A stretch of DNA of 64,000 bases. It comes from an uncultured Pelagibacteraceae bacterium. Lineage in GTDB: Bacteria; Pseudomonadota; Alphaproteobacteria; Pelagibacterales; Pelagibacteraceae. The stretch covers positions 3,988-67,987 of the forward strand of contig CACEOF010000006.1 in the NCBI GenBank assembly GCA_902561095.1, written 5' to 3'. The notes beneath the pieces were generated by a model. The model ran no database searches. It saw nothing but the letters and a program-made list of their open reading frames with translations, and was not told the origin of the DNA. Positions within the stretch are counted from its first letter, which is position 1; every line of letters starts with the position of its first letter. A program made the translations under genes and the position numbers. Shown here piece after piece: positions 1 to 10,257 of the stretch.

Positions 1-1161
1 CCAATTGAGGAAAAAGATCTGGGCACTAGAGCAACTGCAGCTGCTGCAGCTGGTGATTTACCAGATGTGATTTATCACACTTTACAATATGTCTTACCTT
101 GGGCAGAAGCTGGTATTTTAGATGTTGATGCTAATAACGCTGTGGTTAAAGCACTTGGCAAAAATACTTTTGCTCCAGGGGCTCTAAACATGGCTAAGTC
201 AGGATCGAAAATTGCTGCTGTTCCTGTTGATGGATGGACACAGATGGTCGTTTATAGAAAGGATCTTTTTGAAAACGCTGATCTAGAACCACCTACAAGT
301 TACGCCAACATTGTTAAAGCTGTTGAAAAATTATCTAAAGTAAATGGTGTGTTTGGTTTTGTAGCTGCTACTAAAACTGATGAGAACTTTATGAGTCAAG
401 TTTTAGAACATGTTCTTTTAGCTAATGGGGTAAATATAGTTAAAAAAGGTGGTATCAAGAAGCAAGGTAAAAAATTAAAAGAAGCATTAGAATTTTATAA
501 AGTCATCGCGAAGGCAAGTCCTCCAGGCGAACTTTATTGGAAACAATCAAGAGCACTTTATTTTGCTGGAAAAACACCAATGATAATTTGGTCTCCATTT
601 ATTATGGACGAGCTTGCAGGTTTGAGAGACTCAGCTCCACCTACTATAAATAGTGATCCAACATCTCCTGAACTAGCATCTAAAACTGGTTTTATAACTA
701 ATTTTAGTGGACCAAGTAATAAAAAAGGTGCTGCCTGGGCAGATATTAGATACTTTGGTATAACAGCTGATGCTGATACTGATGAAGCTAAAAAATTTAT
801 CATGTACTCAATGGATGAGGGTTATACAAATACCTTATCAATTGCTCCAGAAGGTAAATTTCCAGTAAGAAGAGGAAATGCAAGCGATCCAGAAGCATTT
901 ACAAAAGCTTGGAGCAAACTGCCAGTTGGTGTTGATAGAAAAGCTCCTTTGTCAGATCTGTATGACCCTGATGTTATTAATAACATTGTTGCTGGTTTAG
1001 ATACAGCAAATAGATGGGGAGTTAAAGAAGGTGAGCTATCAAGAGCATCTAAAATTATTAATTCACAATTCATAAATAGAATCACAAGAGAATATATTGA
1101 TGATGAAATTTCAGTTGATGAAGCAGTAGACAAAATAAATGCTGGATTAGCTAGTTTCTAA
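1..1161 (+). CDS. Carbohydrate ABC transporter substrate-binding protein (5' truncated by window)
   Basis: Frame open from base 1 (PIEEKDLGTRATAAAAAGDLPDVIYH). Sugar-SBP features (VVYRKDLF..LEPPTSY). Followed by two permeases. Confidence 0.88.
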   Translation, partial: PIEEKDLGTRATAAAAAGDLPDVIYHTLQYVLPWAEAGILDVDANNAVVKALGKNTFAPGALNMAKSGSKIAAVPVDGWTQMVVYRKDLFENADLEPPTSYANIVKAVEKLSKVNGVFGFVAATKTDENFMSQVLEHVLLANGVNIVKKGGIKKQGKKLKEALEFYKVIAKASPPGELYWKQSRALYFAGKTPMIIWSPFIMDELAGLRDSAPPTINSDPTSPELASKTGFITNFSGPSNKKGAAWADIRYFGITADADTDEAKKFIMYSMDEGYTNTLSIAPEGKFPVRRGNASDPEAFTKAWSKLPVGVDRKAPLSDLYDPDVINNIVAGLDTANRWGVKEGELSRASKIINSQFINRITREYIDDEISVDEAVDKINAGLASF

Positions 1162-1176
1162 TAATTTAAATTAATT

Positions 1177-1212
1177 AAAAAAGCGGGTAAGGTTACTTAT
1201 CCGCTTTTTTTT
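1177..1212 (+). terminator. Intrinsic terminator-like hairpin between SBP and permease
   Basis: AAAAAAGCGGGTAAG-GTTA-CTTATCCGC followed by a T-tract that abuts ATG 1213. Confidence 0.75.
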
Positions 1213-2472
1213 ATGAAAGACACTTTGGCAAATACTGAAAAGAAAACTGCTTATATTTTAACATTACCAGCGGTTGCTTTAGTTTTTGCAATAATTTTAT
1301 TTCCTATTTTTGCAAATGTGTGGATTAGTTTTAAAGAAGTTGAGCTTAAAGATATAAGAATACCTGAGCCAAGAGCTAAAAAAATTGTAAAATCTATTTC
1401 TGAAGATACCTCGAAAATAAAAATTTTATATAAACTAAGGAATAGCTCATTAATTCAAGAAATTAGGGATGTCTCGTTTCAAGATAAATTTCCGAAAAAT
1501 TTTGAAATTAAAAAATTAGATCCACGTTGTGAATTCAAAAAATACATTTTAAAATGTAAATTTGGAGACTGGCCAGCAAAGTATAGGGAAAATTTTCAAG
1601 TAGAATTTGAAACAAATGATGGTTCAAAAATAGATAAAAAAGCTCTAAAATCAATAAAACCTAAATTAAACGGTACATCAGATAACATACTGCTTAATAC
1701 TGATTTTACTTTAAAAAATTTCAAGAAAGTTTTGTTAGATAATGAATTTGTAGACCTACTCCTCACAACATTTTACTACACATTTTTTGGCACTGTTGGC
1801 TCAATCATATTTGGTATTTTGACAGCCCAAATGGTTAATCAAAAATTTTATGGCAGAACATTTATGCGAAGTGTTTTACTTTTTCCATATGTTGCTCCAG
1901 TTGTCGCTTTAGCTTATACATGGGAACTTCTATTGGATCCTAATAGTGGAACTTTAAACAGTTTACTAATCAACTACCAAATTATTGAAACCCCTATAAA
2001 TTTACTTGGCCAAAAATATATTAACATTAATGTTTTAGGGTTCGATTTTAAACTAAGGCTAGCTCTTACAACAGTTATCATGTTTGAAATTTGGAGATAT
2101 TTTCCTTTAGCTTTTTTATTTATTCTTGCAAGACTTCAAGCTATTCCAAAAGAATTATATGAAGCAGCTGATGTTGACGGAGCGAGCCCATTTCAGAAGT
2201 TTTTTAACATAACACTACCTCAAATTACTGCAGTTATATCGATTTTATTTATGATAAGGTTTATTTGGAATTTTAATAAGTTTGAAGATGTTTTCTTACT
2301 TACTGGTGGCGCTTCAGGTACAAGAACTTTACCGATTAATGTTTATCAACAAGGTTTTGCAATATCTGATATTGGAATGGGATCGGCTGTTTCAATAGTA
2401 ATAGTTGCTTTACTTTTAATGTTTATGTTCTTTTACTTCAAGCTTTTAGGAAAGAGAGTCGATGAAAACTAA
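1213..2472 (+). CDS. Carbohydrate ABC transporter permease (MalF-like) with inserted extracytoplasmic domain
   Basis: EAA motif (LYEAADVDGAS), TM helices, ~120-aa soluble insert after TM1. Confidence 0.9.
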   Translation: MKDTLANTEKKTAYILTLPAVALVFAIILFPIFANVWISFKEVELKDIRIPEPRAKKIVKSISEDTSKIKILYKLRNSSLIQEIRDVSFQDKFPKNFEIKKLDPRCEFKKYILKCKFGDWPAKYRENFQVEFETNDGSKIDKKALKSIKPKLNGTSDNILLNTDFTLKNFKKVLLDNEFVDLLLTTFYYTFFGTVGSIIFGILTAQMVNQKFYGRTFMRSVLLFPYVAPVVALAYTWELLLDPNSGTLNSLLINYQIIETPINLLGQKYININVLGFDFKLRLALTTVIMFEIWRYFPLAFLFILARLQAIPKELYEAADVDGASPFQKFFNITLPQITAVISILFMIRFIWNFNKFEDVFLLTGGASGTRTLPINVYQQGFAISDIGMGSAVSIVIVALLLMFMFFYFKLLGKRVDEN

Positions 2473-3655
2473 AAATTTAATTTTATTTACATTAATATCA
2501 TCATCTTTTTTGATATTTATAGTTTCTATATGGAAAATATTAGCAACTTTACAAGGTTTAAATATTCAAAACTTTAATCTACAAATAATTTTTATTTTTG
2601 GTGTTCTAATTTCATTTGCTAACTTAAGGATAGGAAATAAAATTAAAGATTTTTACAAATCAATTCTTTTTTCTTTAATTTTTGTTATTTGTGATGGTTA
2701 CCTAATTCAAAAATTACCGCTGTGGTATAATATTGGTATTTTTTTAATTTTATATTTTTTTGTTAGTAAAATAAATAAATATGGTTTTGAAAATTTAAGA
2801 GAACAACACTTAACACAGGTTATCTTTTTTGACTTCTTAACTTTATTTGGAATTTTATTTTTTTCTTTCGTTATACTTTTTCCTTTTTATATGATGTTAA
2901 TAACAAGTTTTAAAACTCAAATAGCATTATTAGTAAACCCATTAGACTTTAGTATTAATTTTAGTCAAGATTTGAAGAGTTTATTTAAATCATATTTTGT
3001 AATTTTTGAGTCCTATAATTTTGGTAGGTATATTTTAACTAGCGCCATCGTCTCTGTGGGTACTGTGCTCATAACTCTTATTTTTGCTATTCCTGCAGCA
3101 TATGCAATTGCTAGATTAAATTTTTTTGGAAAAACATTTATGTCAACATCAATATTGATAATTTATATGTTTCCTGCAATTGTTTTGGTAATTCCTCTGT
3201 ACACAATCTTTAGTCAATTAGGTCTAAGAAATTCTATAGAGGGTTTGTTGATTGTTTATACAGCCACAACCCTCCCAGTAGCAATTTATATGCTACAAGG
3301 ATATTTTAAAAGTATCCCTAAAGAATTGGAAGAAGCTGCAATATTAGATAAACTTGGTTGGTTTGGAATAATCACTAAAATTATAATTCCACTGAGTATT
3401 CCTGCAATATCTTCTGTGGCTTTATATGTTTTTATGATAGCTTGGAACGAATTTTTATTTTCTTTAATGTTTCTAGATAACCCAAATTCTTTTACTCTTT
3501 CAAGAGCCATACAATATTTGAGTGGTGATGCAGAAACGCCTAGACAATATTTAATGGCTGGTTCTGTTATTGTGACTTTGCCCGTTCTATTTATTTTTGT
3601 TTATTTTGAAAAATATCTAGTTAGTGGTCTTACTGCAGGGAGTGTAAAGGGTTGA
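2462..3655 (+). CDS. Carbohydrate ABC transporter permease (MalG-like) with N-terminal hydrophobic extension
   Basis: IPKELEEAAILD, AWNEFLFS, C-terminal GLTAGSVKG. Confidence 0.9.
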   Translation: MKTKNLILFTLISSSFLIFIVSIWKILATLQGLNIQNFNLQIIFIFGVLISFANLRIGNKIKDFYKSILFSLIFVICDGYLIQKLPLWYNIGIFLILYFFVSKINKYGFENLREQHLTQVIFFDFLTLFGILFFSFVILFPFYMMLITSFKTQIALLVNPLDFSINFSQDLKSLFKSYFVIFESYNFGRYILTSAIVSVGTVLITLIFAIPAAYAIARLNFFGKTFMSTSILIIYMFPAIVLVIPLYTIFSQLGLRNSIEGLLIVYTATTLPVAIYMLQGYFKSIPKELEEAAILDKLGWFGIITKIIIPLSIPAISSVALYVFMIAWNEFLFSLMFLDNPNSFTLSRAIQYLSGDAETPRQYLMAGSVIVTLPVLFIFVYFEKYLVSGLTAGSVKG

Positions 3656-4923
3656 GACAAAATTTAATAGAACAAGCTAAAAAGGTTTTATTGGGTAATA
3701 AAAAAAAAGGTTTTACATTACCTACAAATAATAAACTATATCCCGCTCAATGGAAATGGGACTCAGGTTTTATAGCGCTAGGATATTCACATTTTAATCT
3801 TAAATATGCCCTTGATGAAATATCAACCCTTTTAAAAGGCCAATGGAAAGATGGTATGATACCTCATATTTTATTTCATGATTTAAATACAAATTATTAT
3901 CCAAATCATTCTGTATGGAATTGTGGAAACAAGATACATTCTTCAGGAATAACTCAGCCGCCAGTACTAGCGATAATGTTAAAAAAAATTTTAGATAAAA
4001 ATAAAATTAAAGTTTCCGAAAAAATAAAAATTAAATCAATAATTAAAAAATTAAAAAAATATCATGAATGGTTAATTAAATATAGGGATCCAAAGAATAC
4101 TGGATTAGTGTCTATATTACATCCCTGGGAGAGTGGATATGATAATTCTCCTCTTTGGGATTATTCGATGAATGAAGTTAAAGTTGAAAAAAATTTAAAA
4201 TATAAAAGAGGAGATAATAAAGTTATAAATCCAGACTATAGACCTTTAGATGAAGATTATGATCGATATGTAACGATCAAGAACCATTTAAGAAAAAATA
4301 AATATAACCCAAAAAAACTTTATAATAAATCAATGTTTAATGTGGTGGATGTAGGGTTTAATTCAATCTTTTTAAAAGCAAATAAAGATTTATTAGAGTT
4401 ACTTAAATCATTTAATTTAGAACATAATAAATTACAAAAATTTATTTTAAAGTCGGAAAGTCAGATTGAGAAATTATTTGATACAAAAAAAGGAGTCTTT
4501 GTAAATTATGATAGAAAAAATAAAAAAAAAATTATTGTTCCTTCAATTACAAATTATTTTATATTATTTGCTGATTTAAAAAATCAACTTATTAATAAAA
4601 AAATAATCAGACATTTGAAAAATCACAACCAACATGAAAGTTATCTATTTTCTAGTATTAAACCAAATTATGGAAAATTTGAGGAAAAGCGCTACTGGAG
4701 AGGTCCAGTCTGGATAAATTGTAACTGGATTATCTATCAAGGGTTAAAGAATAAAGATAAAAAATTTGCTGATAAAATTAAGGAAAAAACAATCAATCTC
4801 ATTAAAAAAAATGGCTTCTATGAATACTATAGTTTTAAAACTGGAGAAGCATTTGGAGCAAAAAATTTTTCATGGACCGCTTCGTTATTTTTAGATCTGT
4901 TAATGGAGAAAAATTACAATTAA
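3652..4923 (+). CDS. GH63-like glycoside hydrolase (glucosylglycerate/mannosylglycerate hydrolase type)
   Basis: LYPAQWKWDSGF, SGITQPP, HPWESGYDNSP, YWRGPVW, FSWTA motifs. TTG start overlaps the permease stop. Confidence 0.82.
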   Translation: MRQNLIEQAKKVLLGNKKKGFTLPTNNKLYPAQWKWDSGFIALGYSHFNLKYALDEISTLLKGQWKDGMIPHILFHDLNTNYYPNHSVWNCGNKIHSSGITQPPVLAIMLKKILDKNKIKVSEKIKIKSIIKKLKKYHEWLIKYRDPKNTGLVSILHPWESGYDNSPLWDYSMNEVKVEKNLKYKRGDNKVINPDYRPLDEDYDRYVTIKNHLRKNKYNPKKLYNKSMFNVVDVGFNSIFLKANKDLLELLKSFNLEHNKLQKFILKSESQIEKLFDTKKGVFVNYDRKNKKKIIVPSITNYFILFADLKNQLINKKIIRHLKNHNQHESYLFSSIKPNYGKFEEKRYWRGPVWINCNWIIYQGLKNKDKKFADKIKEKTINLIKKNGFYEYYSFKTGEAFGAKNFSWTASLFLDLLMEKNYN

Positions 4924-6227
4924 TTTCTATAACTGTTTAACAAATTATACTGATAATTTCTGGCCTCAATAACTTCATTGGGAAGATTTAACTCAACATC
5001 ATCAATTTTGATAACTTCATTCTTATTTATATCTTTTTTTAAAACTGCATTATCAGTTAAACCCAGTGGTAAAATCATTTCTTTTTTAGATTTTTCAGAT
5101 GTAATTAATCTACCTCTTGCACAAAACCCTCCCTCTCCATCTAGTTTTTCACCTCTTTTGAGATCTTTCTTTGCAAAACTTGCAACATCTGCATTATAAT
5201 TTTTTGTATACCCAGTCGCTCTATTATCCAAAGCTATTGAATAAATAGATTGAGCAAGCTCTAATCCTATATAGTGATAAGGTCTCCAAATTGCAGAATA
5301 TTTTCCAGACTTATCTGTTACCATTCCATAATCTTTAAAACAATTTTTTACATATTCATTTTGTGCTTTAATCACAATATAAACACCCCATCTTAAATCA
5401 TTTGGAATATCTTTTTTTTCTAAATCTATACTAGAAATAACTTCTACTTGTCCCTCAAATTCAATTAGACCACCATCACTTTTTGGAATCATTTTTTTTG
5501 CAATATCATAAACACCAACTGGAGGAAAAGTTAGTCCATTACTAGGACATTTTAAATTAGCTGCATTGCTCACTGCACACATTTCAATTGCGGATTTGTC
5601 TCCGCATAGAAAACTATTAAACATTTTTGGATTCATCCCTGACTCTAATTCTGCTCGCTCCTTACTTAAACCATAGTGGCCCCAAACAGTATCGGGTGTA
5701 GAATATTCAAAAGTTGGGTGATATTTTGTTCCTTTACCTGCACAAACTATTAAAAATCCATTTAATCTTGCCCATTCTATTTGTTCTAGAATCAAAGATG
5801 GCTGATCACCGTAAGCCATTGAACAAATAACACCTCTGTCTTTTGCAAGATCAGACAAATATTTCCCACAAGTTATGTCAGCTTCAACATTAACTAATAT
5901 TAAATGTTTTTTGTTTTTTATTATTTTAGCTGCATGCACAGTACCAACTATGGGGTTACCTGTTGCCTCTATAAAAATTTCAATATCTCTATTAAGAACA
6001 TCGTCTAATGAATTTGAAAAATTTATGCTTTTAACTATTTGTTTACTTAATCCACTATTAAAGCAATTTTTCTTAGCTCGATCTATATTGATATCAACTA
6101 TAGTATCAATTTTAATTTTATCTAAATGATTATATTGAGCTAAAAACATACTTACAAATTTTCCACAACCTATGAAACATATTTTTATTGGATCTCTTCT
6201 ATTGTCTAATTTGGTATGTAGAAACAT
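4920..6227 (-). CDS. NAD(P)-dependent oxidoreductase, homoserine-dehydrogenase-like with C-terminal SAF domain
   Basis: IGCGKF Rossmann motif, EATG, GDQP, GKGTKY, AKKDLKRGEKLDGEGGF (SAF). Confidence 0.8.
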   Translation of the reverse strand: MFLHTKLDNRRDPIKICFIGCGKFVSMFLAQYNHLDKIKIDTIVDINIDRAKKNCFNSGLSKQIVKSINFSNSLDDVLNRDIEIFIEATGNPIVGTVHAAKIIKNKKHLILVNVEADITCGKYLSDLAKDRGVICSMAYGDQPSLILEQIEWARLNGFLIVCAGKGTKYHPTFEYSTPDTVWGHYGLSKERAELESGMNPKMFNSFLCGDKSAIEMCAVSNAANLKCPSNGLTFPPVGVYDIAKKMIPKSDGGLIEFEGQVEVISSIDLEKKDIPNDLRWGVYIVIKAQNEYVKNCFKDYGMVTDKSGKYSAIWRPYHYIGLELAQSIYSIALDNRATGYTKNYNADVASFAKKDLKRGEKLDGEGGFCARGRLITSEKSKKEMILPLGLTDNAVLKKDINKNEVIKIDDVELNLPNEVIEARNYQYNLLNSYRN

Positions 6228-7243
6228 TATATAATCTTAGATATATATTTTATAATTTTGAAAAAACCCATTTTTGGTTTGATTGCTGAACCACTTTGCT
6301 TATTGTTTGAATTATTTATATAAAAATTATGAGCCTCTAATAATAACTCAGCTGTACTTTTTTTTGGATTGAAATTTAAAATATTTTTTATTTTTGAGAT
6401 ATCAAGAACAATGCTACTCACCAAAATCTTATTATGATAATCAATAAAGTTAATTAACCTTAAGAAAGATAAAATTTTTAATATTAGAAGTCCAAGTTTC
6501 TTGTTAAAATATTTTACCCGTGATTTTGATCCAGTTTTTTTAATTAAATATTCAAATGTCTCCCTCATAGTTTCAATCTTCTCACAACCAATATTGAAAA
6601 CATTTTTACCACTCACATTTATAGAGTTATCAATAGCATCAAATAAATCGCTAGCAGATACAAATTGTAATTTATTTGAACCATCACCCAATATCCATAA
6701 AGTACAATTATCTTTTAAAAACTCAAAAAGGACACCTAATCGATGAGCTCTTGATTTATCTACAATTATTGGACATCTAAAGATTGAAATGTTTAAATTT
6801 GAGCTTGAGCTTAAAAGAAACCTTTCAATTTCTGCTTTGGTAACACCATAAAAGTTTTTACAAGAAGTGGGCTCTGTTTCTTTTATGAGATAATTGTAGT
6901 CTTTTTCAAATAGAGAAAATGTAGATGTAAAAATTAAATTATTTACTTTATTTTTAACTGCTGATTTGTAAATATTATATGAACCTAGAACATTTGTTTT
7001 ATAAATTTTAGATTTGTTATGAGTATCAAAAATTTCAGAGGCAAAATGAAAAATAATATTGGGTTTTTCTTTTTCAATTACTTTGTCTAAATCATTATAA
7101 TTTGCTAAGTCCACTTTATAAAAATTTTCATGATTGTTATTTACCAAATCTAAGAGTACTAAATCAAATAAATCTTTATAACGTTCAATTGCCAATTGTC
7201 CTAGAAAACCACTTGAACCAGTAATTAAAATTTTCTTTTTCAT
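6227..7243 (-). CDS. NAD-dependent epimerase/dehydratase (extended SDR)
   Basis: ITGSSGFLG and YGVTK (YxxxK). Confidence 0.85.
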   Translation of the reverse strand: MKKKILITGSSGFLGQLAIERYKDLFDLVLLDLVNNNHENFYKVDLANYNDLDKVIEKEKPNIIFHFASEIFDTHNKSKIYKTNVLGSYNIYKSAVKNKVNNLIFTSTFSLFEKDYNYLIKETEPTSCKNFYGVTKAEIERFLLSSSSNLNISIFRCPIIVDKSRAHRLGVLFEFLKDNCTLWILGDGSNKLQFVSASDLFDAIDNSINVSGKNVFNIGCEKIETMRETFEYLIKKTGSKSRVKYFNKKLGLLILKILSFLRLINFIDYHNKILVSSIVLDISKIKNILNFNPKKSTAELLLEAHNFYINNSNNKQSGSAIKPKMGFFKIIKYISKII

Positions 7244-8376
7244 ATCGCGTTAAATTTATTTTTTTTTATATAATTAGTAAAAATGGTAATGAATATAAAT
7301 ATAACAATCAGCATTATTGACTGATAATAAATATCACTATCAATTAAATGTCTAACAATTCTATGAAAATAAAAATAATATAGCACTAAATAAATACAAT
7401 ATTTGGATATTCCTAAATGAAAATACTTAATTCCAAATATTAATACTGGTAACAATAATACGTAATCATAATTTGAGTGTGGTAAAAAAATTAAGGGAAG
7501 AATGCAAATTACTGATAATTTTGCCAATTTATTTTTTACATTTCGAATTTGAAATAAAAAATAAATATTTATTATTAAAATAATAAAAATTTGTAATATC
7601 TTATTAATAATATTTACTTCTTTTAAAAAATAAATGTTAATTATTGAGTACAAGTCACCAGTTCTTACGTAATTATCTCCAATAATTAATTTGAATGGGC
7701 CTAAAAAACTATCTATTAAATTACTGTCGGTATAATAGCTGTAAAATATCCAACTTAAAATTGTAACAATCAAACTCAAAAATAATTTTTTGAATTTTTT
7801 TTCAATTAATAAATTTAAAAAAAGAATGTAACCAGTGCTATATTTTATATACGAGATACCAGAGATAATAGAATAAAAATTTTGCTTTTTAGTTTCAGAT
7901 AATAAATAAGGTAACATCATAAAGAAAAAAATCATCATACTGTTTTGACCATAATTAATTGTCATTCTTGTAGGGTGAGAAGTTAGAAATATCCCAAGAA
8001 TAACTAAAGTAAGAATTATTGATAAATTACAAACTCTACAAATGATTAATGGAATTGAAATAGCAAACAAAATGTTTATGATCAGCCAAATTAGCTTTGC
8101 TTGTTCCCACTCAAAAAGAGTTAACGGATACAGGAATATAAATAAGAAATGTCCATATTGTCCTTTTTGGCAACCTAAAAATATATCTTTTGTTTCATAT
8201 TGATAGTTATAGTGGTTGATTTTATCCCAAAAAATCTTTGATGGTTGCCACATTAAATCGCAGCTATTATCGAGACCTTTAAAAAAAGTTTGTGTGAAAA
8301 AACTTATGACTAAAATTGACAAAAAAATAAATAAATATTTTTTTTTTAGTTCAAGATCAAAAAAAAAAGAAAACAT
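7240..8376 (-). CDS. Multi-TM GT-C glycosyltransferase (GT87/DUF2029-like)
   Basis: About 10 TM segments. 'A..IW..IN', 'YGQ', 'IKY' and 'H..YDYVLLL' motifs typical of the family. Confidence 0.6.
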   Translation of the reverse strand: MFSFFFDLELKKKYLFIFLSILVISFFTQTFFKGLDNSCDLMWQPSKIFWDKINHYNYQYETKDIFLGCQKGQYGHFLFIFLYPLTLFEWEQAKLIWLIINILFAISIPLIICRVCNLSIILTLVILGIFLTSHPTRMTINYGQNSMMIFFFMMLPYLLSETKKQNFYSIISGISYIKYSTGYILFLNLLIEKKFKKLFLSLIVTILSWIFYSYYTDSNLIDSFLGPFKLIIGDNYVRTGDLYSIINIYFLKEVNIINKILQIFIILIINIYFLFQIRNVKNKLAKLSVICILPLIFLPHSNYDYVLLLPVLIFGIKYFHLGISKYCIYLVLYYFYFHRIVRHLIDSDIYYQSIMLIVIFIFITIFTNYIKKNKFNAI

Positions 8377-8382
8377 TTGTTT

Positions 8383-8787
8383 TTAGGAATTATTTAGTCC
8401 TCTCATCAGAAATTTAATATCTAAATTACAATCTTTGTATCCTTTTTTAACAATATTAAGATATCTTTCTGTTGGAAATTTAAATGTTGACTTTCTAACC
8501 ATTGTATAGGTCATTACTTTTTTTCCATAATAATAAAAATAATATTTCTTATACAATATTGGATAATCTTCATATACATCCAATTTCTTTTCATCACTTT
8601 TTGAAATTTCAAATAATGCTCCGGGAACTGTAGAGTTTTTTTTTGGTTCAATATCTGCAGCTCTGTATTTACTTCTAAATGTTAACCTAAAACCTTTTAA
8701 TTTAATTTTTTTTAAAAAAATACTGTTCTTGCATCTTCTTTTCATCTGAAAGTGATGTAAATTACTACCGTATGCAAAATAAAGCAT
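8383..8787 (-). CDS. Gamma-glutamylcyclotransferase family protein
   Basis: YFAYGSNL, LDVYE. Confidence 0.85.
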   Translation of the reverse strand: MLYFAYGSNLHHFQMKRRCKNSIFLKKIKLKGFRLTFRSKYRAADIEPKKNSTVPGALFEISKSDEKKLDVYEDYPILYKKYYFYYYGKKVMTYTMVRKSTFKFPTERYLNIVKKGYKDCNLDIKFLMRGLNNS

Positions 8788-9536
8788 TACCTCTCAACAA
8801 CTTCAATTTTCTTTGCAGTAACAAATTTTAAAATTTGGGAGTTACAATTATCTATTTTGGATTGGTCCTCAGACCTTATCACAATTGAAACACCTAACTT
8901 TCCTGCATGAAAAAATGGGTAGCTTCCTATCTCAACATCTTTATTATCCTTCTGAACTTGAGTTAAAGAGTTTGCTATTTCACTTTCAACTGTTCTTAAG
9001 CTTATTGTATGACTTTTTATCGGCTCTCCACCAATAATAATATTTGTCAAACCACCCAACATGGATTTAAGGATAGATGGAACACCTGGTAAACAAAAAA
9101 CATTTTCAACATTAAATCCAGGAGCACCACTTGTTGGATTTAATATTAAATTTGCATTTTCAGGCATCCAGCACATTTTCTGCCGACCTTCGTTAAACTC
9201 TCCAGGTTTGTAGTATGCTTCTAAAATTTTAAAAGCTTCTTTATGTATTTCATATTTTAGACCAAAAGTTTTTGAAACAGACTCTGCGGTAATATCATCG
9301 TGAGTAGGACCTATACCTCCAGTTGTAAAAACATAGTCATAAGTTGATTTTAAAAAGTTTAATGTATTTATAATAGTTTTTTCGATGTCCGGAATTACCC
9401 TTACCTCCTCAACTTTAACGCCGATTGAATTTAGCCAGACAGCAATTGTTGAGGTGTTGGTGTCTTGAGTTCGTCCTGATAATATTTCATTACCTATAAT
9501 TAAAATTGCAGCATTAACTTTTGTTTTTTTGATCAT
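8787..9536 (-). CDS. CinA-like/MoCF-biosynthesis-domain protein
   Basis: IIGNEILSGRTQDTN, TTGGIGPTHDDIT, LPGVP. Start moved to ATG 9536 to avoid overlap with sfsA. Confidence 0.85.
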   Translation of the reverse strand: MIKKTKVNAAILIIGNEILSGRTQDTNTSTIAVWLNSIGVKVEEVRVIPDIEKTIINTLNFLKSTYDYVFTTGGIGPTHDDITAESVSKTFGLKYEIHKEAFKILEAYYKPGEFNEGRQKMCWMPENANLILNPTSGAPGFNVENVFCLPGVPSILKSMLGGLTNIIIGGEPIKSHTISLRTVESEIANSLTQVQKDNKDVEIGSYPFFHAGKLGVSIVIRSEDQSKIDNCNSQILKFVTAKKIEVVER

Positions 9537-9558
9537 TTTATATATATATAATTTAACG

Positions 9559-10257
9559 ATGGAATTTACCAAGTCTTTAATAAAAGGCAAATTAATCAAA
9601 CGATATAAAAGATTTTTTGCTGATGTGAAGTTAGAAAAAGAAACGATAACAGCTCATTGCCCAAATACAGGATCCATGAGAGGCTTGTTAGATGAGGGTA
9701 ATGAAGTTTATGTAAGTCCTAATAATGATCCAAGGAGAAAACTTAAATTTGGATTAGAGATTATAAAATCAAGAAAAAATTTAGTAGGCGTTAACACTCA
9801 TATGGCAAATAGAATTGCTCAACACGGTATAGAAAATAATCTAATATATGAACTTAAAAATAACAATACTATAAGGCCAGAAGTATTTTTTAACAAAGAA
9901 ACCAGATTTGACTTTTTATTAGAAAAAAAAGCTCAAAAAAGCTTTGTAGAAGTGAAAAATGTTACCTTATTTAGAGACGGAAAAACTGCTGAATTTCCTG
10001 ACGCTGTAACAACAAGAGGATCAAAGCATTTATTAACTCTTATTGATGCCATAAAAAAAGGTTATAAAACTTATCTATTATTTTTAATTCAAATTCAAAA
10101 TATGAAATATTTTAAAATAGCTAAAGATATAGATGAACAGTACTATAAAAATTATCTACTAGCTAAAAAAGCAGGAGTAAATTTTTTAGCTTATAGATGC
10201 AATATAAGTTCAAAAAAAATTTTTATAGATCAGAAACTAAAAATAATTGATGAGTGA
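9559..10257 (+). CDS. sfsA: Sugar fermentation stimulation protein A
   Basis: RYKRFFADV, HCPNTGSM, VEVKNVT, FPDAVTTRG. Confidence 0.93.
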   Translation: MEFTKSLIKGKLIKRYKRFFADVKLEKETITAHCPNTGSMRGLLDEGNEVYVSPNNDPRRKLKFGLEIIKSRKNLVGVNTHMANRIAQHGIENNLIYELKNNNTIRPEVFFNKETRFDFLLEKKAQKSFVEVKNVTLFRDGKTAEFPDAVTTRGSKHLLTLIDAIKKGYKTYLLFLIQIQNMKYFKIAKDIDEQYYKNYLLAKKAGVNFLAYRCNISSKKIFIDQKLKIIDE

